Shown one piece after another: positions 29,413-37,855 of a stretch of 64,000 nucleotides of DNA. Within the stretch, counting starts at the first letter, position 1; every line of letters begins with the position of its first letter. The notes under the pieces are model-generated. The model ran no database searches. It was not told the origin of the DNA and worked only from the letters and a program-made list of their open reading frames with translations. The DNA lies in NCBI GenBank assembly GCA_963668355.1, contig OY764265.1, positions 384,001 through 448,000 of the forward strand, read 5' to 3'. Source of the DNA: Bdellovibrionota bacterium. Its GTDB lineage: Bacteria > Bdellovibrionota_G > JALEGL01 > DATDPG01. The position numbers and the translations under genes were made by a program.

Positions 29413-29421
29413 TGATATAAT
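29413..29421 (+). promoter_or_regulatory. Candidate extended -10 promoter (TGnTATAAT)
   Basis: TGATATAAT in an AT-rich intergenic region ~60 nt upstream of the PA14 lipoprotein start. Confidence 0.4.
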
Positions 29422-29483
29422 GAGTGCGCATGTTGAATGGCCCAAACGCCTCCATTCGACCCCATTTAAAGAAAGGGTTTCCC

Positions 29484-30434
29484 ATGTTTCATCGACCAAA
29501 CATCCTTTTCATTTTATTGATGTCCATCTTTCTAACCCTTGGCTGTTCGAGTACAGGATCCAATTTTTCGTACGACAGTTTGTTTGATGTAGAGTTGGAC
29601 GCGCCATCACCGGACGCGGAAGTCTTTGCACCCACGGACGATGATTCCGGATACACTCCGGGCGGAAGCACCTCGTCTAGCTCCGGAGGAGACACCATTG
29701 ACCCTGAAGTCATCGATGACCCCTTCGACCAAGGAGACCCCGCCGGAGATGATCATGGTCTCGCAGCCACACTTTTTTACATGAATCCTGACCCCACTTC
29801 TGCGGAGAGGGCTCAAGGGTTTGGGATGTTCGCCGGTCCATATGCCAGTGATTCGTCCCATGAAATTGCGAATAAGCTGATTCTTTCTAGGCTCAACCGA
29901 CCTACCGTCAGTTGGTCAACCGGTTTCGAATATGCCCCGGGAGAATTCATTTCCTTCACCAATGGTGATGGGCAAGAAGAAGTCTTGGTGGAGTGGTTCG
30001 GTTTTATTGCGGACACAAAAATCACTCTGACCGAAAGTGACCCCGAGGGAGATTATGAATTTGCGGTTCTCTCCGATGACGGCTTTACGATGGAGGTTGT
30101 CCAAAACGGTCTTCCCGTGCAAGTCATTGATAGCGATGGAGAACATTCCACCAGACTCGGATGTGGAACCCAAACCATTCACTTGGAGCAAGGAGAAGAA
30201 CTCGAGACCCGTTTCTCCTACTATCAAGGGCCTCGCTATCACATTTCGTTTGTTCTCCTGTGGAGAAGCGGAACCGATTTGGTGGATGAAACCGACTGCG
30301 GAGATGCCGGAAACTCCATGTGGTTCGATGGCGATGGAGACTCCTCTCCCACGGAAAAATACAACCAACTTTTGCAAAGAGGCTGGAGCGTCGTTCCGGC
30401 CGAAAACTATCTTCTTCCAGATTACGTTCTCTAG
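29484..30434 (+). CDS. PA14-domain lipoprotein
   Basis: Lipobox FLTLGC after ATG 29484; acidic linker; EWFG, GDYEFAVLSDDG, DSDGEHS and YYQGPRYHI PA14-type motifs. Confidence 0.75.
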   Translation: MFHRPNILFILLMSIFLTLGCSSTGSNFSYDSLFDVELDAPSPDAEVFAPTDDDSGYTPGGSTSSSSGGDTIDPEVIDDPFDQGDPAGDDHGLAATLFYMNPDPTSAERAQGFGMFAGPYASDSSHEIANKLILSRLNRPTVSWSTGFEYAPGEFISFTNGDGQEEVLVEWFGFIADTKITLTESDPEGDYEFAVLSDDGFTMEVVQNGLPVQVIDSDGEHSTRLGCGTQTIHLEQGEELETRFSYYQGPRYHISFVLLWRSGTDLVDETDCGDAGNSMWFDGDGDSSPTEKYNQLLQRGWSVVPAENYLLPDYVL

Positions 30435-30461
30435 GTAATCTCTCGTAAGACGATTGAAAGA

Positions 30462-30491
30462 AAAAAGGCGCGGAATTTTCCGCGCCTTTTT
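30462..30491. terminator. Bidirectional Rho-independent terminator
   Basis: AAAAAGGCGCGGAA-tt-TTCCGCGCCTTTTT between convergent genes. Confidence 0.88.
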
Positions 30492-31014
30492 ATTTTTGGA
30501 TTTGAACCATTCCTTCTAAAAAACCGATAAGTCTCTGGAAATCTTCCGGTGCAATGGCCGCCACAGGTAAGTCAAAGAGAAATGCCTGACTATTGTGAAG
30601 CCCTTCGGCCCCTTTGGCATCCAATGTGCCAATGACAATGTGTTCAATGCCGGAGTTCAAAACCAACTGCTTGCCATTGAGACCCCAACCCAAATGACGG
30701 TTGAGCGTCCTCCACGAAAGAAGGGTCCCTTTGGTCTCAACCAGGGAAATCTCTATATGGGAAAACACTTTCCGAATAATTCGAAGCTTGCTTCCCTCGA
30801 CTTTGATCTCACCCCCAGCAAACCCCAAAAAGAGAGACAAACCCAAAAAAAGGAAAAAACCGATAATGCTGGCGAAATTTGTTTGGTTGCGGGTCAACCA
30901 ACCCCAATGATTGATGGCATACAAAAGCCATCCAAAAAACATCATCCCCAGGAAAAAAAGAAGAGGCGCCACAATCGTCATTTTGGGTTGAAAGCGAATC
31001 TTGCATGAAAACAT
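30490..31014 (-). CDS. Hypothetical membrane protein (2 TM plus soluble domain)
   Basis: Two N-terminal hydrophobic helices; same strand as neighbours and ends at a terminator. Confidence 0.6.
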   Translation of the reverse strand: MFSCKIRFQPKMTIVAPLLFFLGMMFFGWLLYAINHWGWLTRNQTNFASIIGFFLFLGLSLFLGFAGGEIKVEGSKLRIIRKVFSHIEISLVETKGTLLSWRTLNRHLGWGLNGKQLVLNSGIEHIVIGTLDAKGAEGLHNSQAFLFDLPVAAIAPEDFQRLIGFLEGMVQIQK

Positions 31015-31080
31015 TTAAACCCCGATCCTTTTGAAGATGCCCTCAAAAAGTTTATCAAAATGGCAAGATATTCGAAGGGA

Positions 31081-31740
31081 TTAAATCGCTCCGTGGTAGA
31101 AAAATCGACCCAAACCTACCGTAAACAGCAGACAACCATACAGCGTATGTTCGAACCAAACCAGTAGCAAGGAACGACTTCGGACATAGGTATGAGAAAA
31201 CAACACACCTCCAATGAGAGCAAAACTCAGGGCAATGCCATTCCAGTAAAAAATATGTAAGTGCGCAAATAGAAACGAACTCATCACGAAAAGCCAAAAA
31301 GGAGACAAAAGCATTCGATACCGATGAAAAAAGAACGACCGATAAATCAGCTCTTGGGGAAGAGCTGATAAGAAGGGATACAAGCCCATCACCATAAGCC
31401 ACATTCGAACATTTTTTCTCGGAAACGAGAGAAAGGACTCAGGAAAAAACACTCGGGCAGTCACAGTTAATAGGACACCCAGAAACAGAAACCGAACAAA
31501 GACGAACCACCAAGAGGAGAAAAACCCTTCCCTCCCCCAAATCTCCTTCTTTTTCAAACCACTTTTCACCAAGAATCGGAAAGCCAGCATTCCGCCTACC
31601 CCCAACCCTCCGATCAGCAATCCGCCATTTAAAGGCAACCAACCTAACAAAAGTAAGAAAGGGGGAAGAATAAATAGAAAAATGATCTCAACGATTAAAC
31701 GAATTTTCTTCGACATGAGAGAAGTCTCATTTAAACACAT
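31081..31740 (-). CDS. CPBP (CAAX protease/Abi) family intramembrane metalloprotease
   Basis: PQELIYR, FAHLH and EHTLYG motifs in a multi-TM protein. Confidence 0.85.
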   Translation of the reverse strand: MCLNETSLMSKKIRLIVEIIFLFILPPFLLLLGWLPLNGGLLIGGLGVGGMLAFRFLVKSGLKKKEIWGREGFFSSWWFVFVRFLFLGVLLTVTARVFFPESFLSFPRKNVRMWLMVMGLYPFLSALPQELIYRSFFFHRYRMLLSPFWLFVMSSFLFAHLHIFYWNGIALSFALIGGVLFSHTYVRSRSLLLVWFEHTLYGCLLFTVGLGRFFYHGAI

Positions 31741-33109
31741 TCACCGTTTTTATATTCACGAACTCTTTGATGCCGTACGCGGTCAACTCTCTTCCGAAGC
31801 CCGATTTTTTGATCCCTCCAAATGGAAACCTGGGATCTGACTTCACAAAAGAATTTACAAAACAGGATCCGGCTTGCAGCTTGTCCTTGGCCATCCGCTC
31901 ACCTTTATTCAAATCTTGAGTAAACACGGCTCCTCCCAGACCATATTCGGAGTCGTTGGCCAGGGAAACGGCCTCTTCTTCACTCTTGGCTGAAACCACA
32001 ACAACCACGGGTCCAAAAAGTTCCTCTTTAAACGCACGCATCCTGGGGGTCACATCCGTAAGCAGCGTGGGAGGGTAAAATGCTCCTTTCCCAGAAGGAA
32101 GCCTTCCTCCCAGCCTCAAGGTTGCCCCCTCCTTTATGCTTTCTTGAATTTGTTGATGCAAACAATCACGCAAATCCGTTCGGGCCAACGGACCCATTTT
32201 CCCTGACGAAGAGAGGGGAGCATCCATCTCAACGCGTTCCATTTGCTCAAGAAGAAGGTCCTCAAAAGATTTTTTCACATCCTCCATCACAATCAATCTC
32301 TTAGCAGCAATGCACGTTTGTCCAGAATTCAACATTCGACTGGTCAAACAGGCGTTGGCCGCATGATTTAAGTCAGCATCGGAACAAATGATGTAAGGAT
32401 CGTTTCCGCCCAATTCCAAGACACATTTCTTCAAGGCCTCTCCCGCCATTTTGGCCACGGATTTCCCAGCCCTCACACTTCCTGTAAGAGTCACGCCTGC
32501 GACAAAAGGATGAAGGATCAATTCCCTTACACTCGATTCCGTTTCCGATGAGGGAATCAGTAGAGACGTAAAAACATGTTTAGGAAAACCGGCTTCAATA
32601 AACAATTTTTCCAATTCCAGGGAGCAGCCGCTGACATTCGGAGCATGTTTCAAAAGAACAACATTCCCGGCCAATAATGTGGGAACGGCAAAGCGAATGA
32701 CCTGCCAAAAAGGAAAATTCCAAGGCATGATGGCCAAAATTGCACCCAACGGCTCGAAGGACACATAACTCTTCTCTCCATTCGAAGAAATGATTTCTTC
32801 CTTCAGCCACTCATGGACATGTTGAACCGTATACTCACAACATTTGGCCGATTTTTCGATCTCAGCAACCCCTTCATGCATGGGTTTTCCCATTTCAAGC
32901 GCCATGAGTTCGGCATAAACGCCTTTTCTTTCTTTCAACGTTTCGATCAAGCGTTGAACGCACTTCTTTTTTTCAAGCAGTGAAAACGAACGCCATTCCT
33001 GAAAAGCTTGATGGGAAAGCCCCACCCGATCCACACAATCTTGTTTGGAATGTCCCGTATACTCCTGAACAATTTCTTCCGTGGATGGATTGATTGATTG
33101 AAGTTTCAT
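31727..33109 (-). CDS. NAD(P)-dependent succinate-semialdehyde dehydrogenase (aldehyde dehydrogenase family)
   Basis: IMPWNFPFWQV, LELGGND, catalytic NSGQTCIAAKR, EELFGPV and PFGGIKKSGFGREL. Confidence 0.9.
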   Translation of the reverse strand: MKLQSINPSTEEIVQEYTGHSKQDCVDRVGLSHQAFQEWRSFSLLEKKKCVQRLIETLKERKGVYAELMALEMGKPMHEGVAEIEKSAKCCEYTVQHVHEWLKEEIISSNGEKSYVSFEPLGAILAIMPWNFPFWQVIRFAVPTLLAGNVVLLKHAPNVSGCSLELEKLFIEAGFPKHVFTSLLIPSSETESSVRELILHPFVAGVTLTGSVRAGKSVAKMAGEALKKCVLELGGNDPYIICSDADLNHAANACLTSRMLNSGQTCIAAKRLIVMEDVKKSFEDLLLEQMERVEMDAPLSSSGKMGPLARTDLRDCLHQQIQESIKEGATLRLGGRLPSGKGAFYPPTLLTDVTPRMRAFKEELFGPVVVVVSAKSEEEAVSLANDSEYGLGGAVFTQDLNKGERMAKDKLQAGSCFVNSFVKSDPRFPFGGIKKSGFGRELTAYGIKEFVNIKTVNVFK

Positions 33110-33284
33110 TGCCTCTTCCTCTCAAATGGATTCAAAAGACTACTTAGTACGGAGAAAGCTTCCGAGCAATAGAGCCGATCATGAACCATAGGATTTTTTT
33201 AATTTGAGGGAAAATCGCAAGAGTTTGTTTTTATTGTGTTTTTATGCAAACCCTCGCATTTCAATTCAGGAATGATCTGTGTTG

Positions 33285-33797
33285 TCAGCTGAGATGGGTT
33301 CCACGAAAAAGAAGCCGAGCCAGCGTCCCCGCCAAAAACGGTAAAACCAAAGAACACACGTATCGAATGGCTGTAAATCGCCATCCGACAACTCCGATTT
33401 CAATCGGCAGACGATTGATCCCCAAAGTTCCCCAGGACGTCACAAAGGCGACCAGGGTCCCCACGCTGGCTCCCCCTTTCATCAAAACGAACACCAAGGG
33501 AAAACTCACAAAGGGCCCACCAGGAGTTAAAGCCCCTGCAAGTGTGCCAATCAAGATGCCGCGCATCCCGGCCTCACGCCCAACCCAAGCTTGAATCTGC
33601 TCCTTAGGTAAAAGATCCGGCAAGATGGCTGCCAAGAAAAAGGCCATCAAAAGAAGAGGAAGGATTTCCAAAGTCAGCCATAGAGAAGAATGAACGCCTT
33701 CGGCCATCGGCAATCCCTTTTGCCGAGCAAAATACACCGCCACCAAAACCATCACACCAATAATCAATGTAGGTATGAGCATCTGCCTCCCGTTCAT
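33285..33797 (-). CDS. Predicted permease (DUF318-like, short form)
   Basis: Hydrophobic protein with GILIGTLAGALTPGGPFVSFPL and AFVTSW. Confidence 0.7.
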   Translation of the reverse strand: MNGRQMLIPTLIIGVMVLVAVYFARQKGLPMAEGVHSSLWLTLEILPLLLMAFFLAAILPDLLPKEQIQAWVGREAGMRGILIGTLAGALTPGGPFVSFPLVFVLMKGGASVGTLVAFVTSWGTLGINRLPIEIGVVGWRFTAIRYVCSLVLPFLAGTLARLLFRGTHLS

Positions 33798-33894
33798 CTT
33801 ACCTGCAAGTGTGAGGCATCCAGGAACTTTGTCAAATCAGCAAGGGTCCAAAGACCCAGGCGTGCGAATAAAACCCCGTTCGCAGTCCGTCGAC

Positions 33895-34182
33895 CTACGT
33901 GTGAGCGATCGGCTTTTCTGTAAACAAATAGTCTTTCAGCTCTCCGTCAAACTTTGGATCTTTTCGACGAATCCACTCCAACACCATCGCAGCGTGTTCC
34001 TTTTCTTCGTCACGGTTGTGCTCAAGAATGGCTTTCAATTCCTTGTCGTTGCAGACATCCACTCTTTGATTGTACCAATCCACGGCTTCCAACTCTTCCA
34101 TCAAAGAAACAATGGCGCGGTGCATGTCCTTAGTTTCGGTTGACAGCTCGTTGATCGACTCGTGATATCCTTCATTGGCCAT
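33895..34182 (-). CDS. Encapsulin-associated-type ferritin-like protein (EncFtn family)
   Basis: MANEGYHE..ELS.ETKDMHRAIVSLMEELEAVDWYNQR...ILEHNRDEEKEHAAM.LEWIRR (ferroxidase EExE and EEKEH); AGGAG RBS before ATG 34182. Confidence 0.9.
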   Translation of the reverse strand: MANEGYHESINELSTETKDMHRAIVSLMEELEAVDWYNQRVDVCNDKELKAILEHNRDEEKEHAAMVLEWIRRKDPKFDGELKDYLFTEKPIAHT

Positions 34183-34355
34183 ATTCAAACTCCTTTAAAA
34201 GTTCTTTGTTAAAAAGGGATATGACAAAAGGGACCCGAAAATTCAACCCCCTCGCACCCGCTGACTCCAACGACACTTCCAAGACGATTTTGCAATATCC
34301 CATTTTGGCAATTTTGAGGTGAGACTTCCCGAGGAAGGCGGTAATCTAAATATAA

Positions 34356-34907
34356 ATGAAGCTTTGGTGTTTGATTCTTCCCTTTTTATTTTTCCAATCG
34401 ACCGCTTTTGCCGCATGGAGCGAAATGAATGACCCACTGAGTCGGTCAGGGTTCGTTTCAGTCGAGGCGGGATATTGGAATGTGCTTGAGGACAAAAATG
34501 TCGTTAGCAACCCAACGATGGTCTATATCACGGCTGGATTCAATCTTGCAGATGAGTTCGGACTCAAGGAGGCCCACGAATCATGGAACTATGTACCCAA
34601 GGTGGGACTAGGTTTTGGCAAAACCTCCCTCGCTTCAGACACCGAACTGTTTGTGGATGCGCTGTTGAAGATCCGCTACACCTTTGGAGAGTATGGGCAA
34701 CGGTTACGTTTTTTTCTAGATGCTGGACCTGGGTTCATCAATTTTTTGGGAAGATCCTTTGAACTGGAGGCCGGAGGAGGAGCGAACCTATATATCGGAC
34801 AGGCCCTTCTCGGGGTGAATGTTCAATACAAAGAGCTTTTTAACAGTGGGGATCTAAAACGCGGAATCGTCATTTTAGGAACGTTGGGATGGCATTACGG
34901 AGACTGA
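34356..34907 (+). CDS. Putative outer-membrane beta-barrel protein
   Basis: Signal peptide (..TAFA), amphipathic Gly/aromatic strands and terminal LGWHY. Confidence 0.6.
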   Translation: MKLWCLILPFLFFQSTAFAAWSEMNDPLSRSGFVSVEAGYWNVLEDKNVVSNPTMVYITAGFNLADEFGLKEAHESWNYVPKVGLGFGKTSLASDTELFVDALLKIRYTFGEYGQRLRFFLDAGPGFINFLGRSFELEAGGGANLYIGQALLGVNVQYKELFNSGDLKRGIVILGTLGWHYGD

Positions 34908-35139
34908 AAATCAAGAATTGTTTTTGCCCTCGCACGTTCAATGTTTCTTTTTATGACGTGTTTCTCCGTTGTGGGAAACCCAGAAGAAAGTGGACATAAT
35001 TCCATGGCTTAGAACTCGGCACAATGTTTGACAAAGGCGATTTTGTGTCAATTTTCTTTGCTTTGTTTTTACAAAAATTTTCCTTATTGTGATCTACATC
35101 TGCAACACCTGATGACAAACCGCGTTGATAGGAAAAAGT

Positions 35140-35529
35140 ATGCCCTTGTTAACATGGACCGAAGAATACTCTGTAAATCATTCCAGAATTGACGACCAAC
35201 ACAAAACCCTCTTCGACTTACTCAACACCCTACACGCCTCCATGTTGGAACGCACCGATCCAAAAAAATTGGCCGGCGTGGTGGACGAATTGGTGAATTA
35301 TACAAAGTATCACTTCACCACAGAGGAAAATATTCTGGCCGAAAAGAATTTCCCCCACTTAAAAAAACACCAACAGGAACACGAAAAATTCGTACAGAAA
35401 ATTACGGAGATCAAGGAACGAATTGAGAGAACGAATATGGTGCTGTCTTTGGAAGTACTTTTGTTCATGCAAGACTGGATCAAAAACCACGTACTAACCA
35501 ACGACAAAAAATACGCTCCCTACCTCTGA
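35140..35529 (+). CDS. Bacteriohemerythrin (single domain)
   Basis: W.EEYSV...IDDQH, HFTTEE, H..EH and W..NHV...DKKY di-iron ligand pattern. Confidence 0.92.
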   Translation: MPLLTWTEEYSVNHSRIDDQHKTLFDLLNTLHASMLERTDPKKLAGVVDELVNYTKYHFTTEENILAEKNFPHLKKHQQEHEKFVQKITEIKERIERTNMVLSLEVLLFMQDWIKNHVLTNDKKYAPYL

Positions 35530-35549
35530 ATTTTTCCCAGAAGCTTAAG

Positions 35550-36155
35550 CTAAACTCCTTTTCGGGAAAGTCGACGTCGATTCCAAAACCAATTGGGCCA
35601 CTTTCCATGGGGCGGAAAATGGCCTTCGCTGGCTTCTCGAATGTCTTCAATCGAAACAAAAGCCTTTGGGTTCGTCCTTCGAATCATGTTTACGGCTTTT
35701 GGCAAATCCTTGCGATCCAGGACCGTGAACAACAGTTTTACCGGACCTTTTTTCCCCTCGCCAGGCACAACCGTCAATCCAAACCCTTCGGCATACAGAT
35801 TCTTAATCAACTCATCTGCATCGTGTCGGGTGATCGTTCGCAGGACAAGTTTTCCCAAAGCCATATGCCGTTCGATGGTCATTCCGACATAGTTACCTGC
35901 TGCAAACCCCGCAGCATACGCAATGGCGTTGATCGGTTGGGCGATATGCGTCAGAGCTTGAGAGATCGCAAACAACCAAATTAAAATTTCAAAAAAACCC
36001 AACACCGTAGCTAACATCCTCTGTCCACGGGCGACGCATACAATACGAATCGTATCCAACGTCATATCCGCTAAACGAGCGACAAAAATGGTGAAGGGAA
36101 GAACAAACCAAACGTAGAATGTCCCTGCCTCTGATGTGGCCGATAACCAACTCAT
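35550..36155 (-). CDS. UPF0316 / DUF2179 family membrane protein
   Basis: IFVARLAD..LDTIR, LGFFEILIW, YAAGFAAGNYVG and GFGLT...GEG..GP; start set to ATG 36155. Confidence 0.85.
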   Translation of the reverse strand: MSWLSATSEAGTFYVWFVLPFTIFVARLADMTLDTIRIVCVARGQRMLATVLGFFEILIWLFAISQALTHIAQPINAIAYAAGFAAGNYVGMTIERHMALGKLVLRTITRHDADELIKNLYAEGFGLTVVPGEGKKGPVKLLFTVLDRKDLPKAVNMIRRTNPKAFVSIEDIREASEGHFPPHGKWPNWFWNRRRLSRKGV

Positions 36156-36258
36156 ACAAATCCTCCTGCCACGGATTGTAGGCAGTCTTTTACAAAATCC
36201 AAGGGGGTTCTTTGAGGGTGCGAATCTCAATATCTAGGCATATAATTCATAAAACTCT

Positions 36259-36468
36259 ATGAACTTGGACCCCTTGAATCTTTTCTTCTCTTTTCTCTTT
36301 AGCTCCATCGGATTTGGTTTTTTCCTCTATGGAAAAAAACAAAGCCGAATGGTGCCTTTGGTCTGTGGAATTGCCCTGTTCATTTACCCGTACTTCATTT
36401 CCAACCGATGGCTACTCGTAGGCATTGGCTTGGGGCTTTCTTTGATCCCTTATTTCTTCCGAGACTAA
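36259..36468 (+). CDS. Small conserved-looking membrane protein
   Basis: 69 aa, 3 TM, FSSIGFGFFLYGKKQ...ALFIYPYF; co-oriented with trmO. Confidence 0.7.
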   Translation: MNLDPLNLFFSFLFSSIGFGFFLYGKKQSRMVPLVCGIALFIYPYFISNRWLLVGIGLGLSLIPYFFRD

Positions 36469-36480
36469 GGAGGTTCACAC

Positions 36481-36969
36481 ATGACGATTTCATTTGAACC
36501 GATCGGAATCATCCACACTCCTTTTCACGACATCACCGGGGTTCCCATTCAACCCCGAATGGCGGCTCCAGACATCAAAGGATGGATAGATCTTCTACCA
36601 GCCTACCAAGAGGGCCTATCCGACCTCGAAGGATTCGACCGAATTTGGCTCATCTTTCATCTACATGAAGCTAAAAAATTCCATCTACACGTCACTCCCT
36701 TCTTAGACTCAACCAAAAAAGGACTGTTTGCAACGCGTGCCCCCTCTCGCCCGAATGGAATCGGATTGTCTTGCGTACGACTTTTAAACATCCAAGGAAC
36801 ACGAATCGAAATCGCCGAAATGGACATCGTCGATAATACGCCCCTCTTGGACATCAAACCCTACTCTCCCAGGTTCGACGCTTATCCGAATGTTAGATCT
36901 GGATGGTTGGATCATATTAAAGAGCGTGAGTCTCGCTCAAAGAAAGCCGATGATCGATTCAAAACCTAG
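36481..36969 (+). CDS. trmO: tRNA (N6-threonylcarbamoyladenosine(37)-N6)-methyltransferase TrmO/TsaA family
   Basis: PIGIIHTPF, GLSDLEGF, GLFATRAPSRPNGIGLS and TPLLDIKPY; AAGGAGG RBS. Confidence 0.9.
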   Translation: MTISFEPIGIIHTPFHDITGVPIQPRMAAPDIKGWIDLLPAYQEGLSDLEGFDRIWLIFHLHEAKKFHLHVTPFLDSTKKGLFATRAPSRPNGIGLSCVRLLNIQGTRIEIAEMDIVDNTPLLDIKPYSPRFDAYPNVRSGWLDHIKERESRSKKADDRFKT

Positions 36970-36989
36970 AAATCAAAACGAAAACATGC

Positions 36990-37766
36990 TCAGTTTTCTC
37001 TAGAGAGTGGAATAACCGAACAAGGATAATCGATGAGTTCCCGGTCATGACGACATCGAATAAGAACCTCGCCATCCACATTTCTCACCAAAAACCCATT
37101 CTCATCTTGATCCTCTTCTTCCGATAACGAGGCAAAGAAGGTTTTATATCGCTTAAACCCATAACTCACCGTACGAAGGCCAGACTCAGAATACCTATAA
37201 ATATTCAAGAAATGTTGAACCGAGACCTCATCGATCAACGCGGCTTGAGCTGATTCAAAGTCAAGAGCAACCAACGGAACAAAAGAAAGAACACATTTGG
37301 TATATCGATTCCGACGTTCGTAAACTTCTCTGGCGATTTCAACGGCTTTCTCTTTCTTACGAGCCAAATAGGAGGGACGTAACTTGCCCCACCAACGATT
37401 GGGCCATGCCAATCCCTCAAGAACCTTTTTTTCAATGCGATCTTGAGAGAAATATCTCCATTCCACAGAGGTTTCACATTCCCAGCGACTCCGAGGGATA
37501 TTTTGAAATGCGACTGCCTGATCCCCCACGACAAAAATTTGGAGCTTCTCGGGGTCTTGAACATCGATCGCTATTTTGATCAATGCGGAATGTTCTCTTG
37601 TTCCAGAATCATAAAGCCACTCCGCATGAGCATCGAAAGAGGGAAAGAACACCGCACCCAGGATAAGAAAGGAAAAAAACATTCGAATCCAAAGCCGAAT
37701 ATCGTTTCTTAAACCTATTTTCACACCCACCCCCTCGACAAAAACAACAACATCAGGGGGTAGCAC
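36990..37766 (-). CDS. Hypothetical exported protein (true start probably ~37682)
   Basis: Long ORF filling the gap; signal-peptide-like MFFSFLILGAVFFPSFDAHA. Confidence 0.55.
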   Translation of the reverse strand: MLPPDVVVFVEGVGVKIGLRNDIRLWIRMFFSFLILGAVFFPSFDAHAEWLYDSGTREHSALIKIAIDVQDPEKLQIFVVGDQAVAFQNIPRSRWECETSVEWRYFSQDRIEKKVLEGLAWPNRWWGKLRPSYLARKKEKAVEIAREVYERRNRYTKCVLSFVPLVALDFESAQAALIDEVSVQHFLNIYRYSESGLRTVSYGFKRYKTFFASLSEEEDQDENGFLVRNVDGEVLIRCRHDRELIDYPCSVIPLSREN

Positions 37767-37855
37767 GCTGCGTTATCGTTGTCGAGTTTTCGCGGGTTCC
37801 TTCAGTCAAACTTGATATAAAGAGACACAATGATCTTTCGTTTGGAGGTACACGC

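Noticed and set aside
31081..31740. 'Abi' family protein as an anti-phage system
   Set aside because: It is a CPBP/CAAX intramembrane protease; the name does not imply abortive infection and there is no defence-island context.
35087..35104. FNR/CRP-like site upstream of the hemerythrin gene
   Set aside because: Only one half-site (TGTGAT) matches; the second half is poor.
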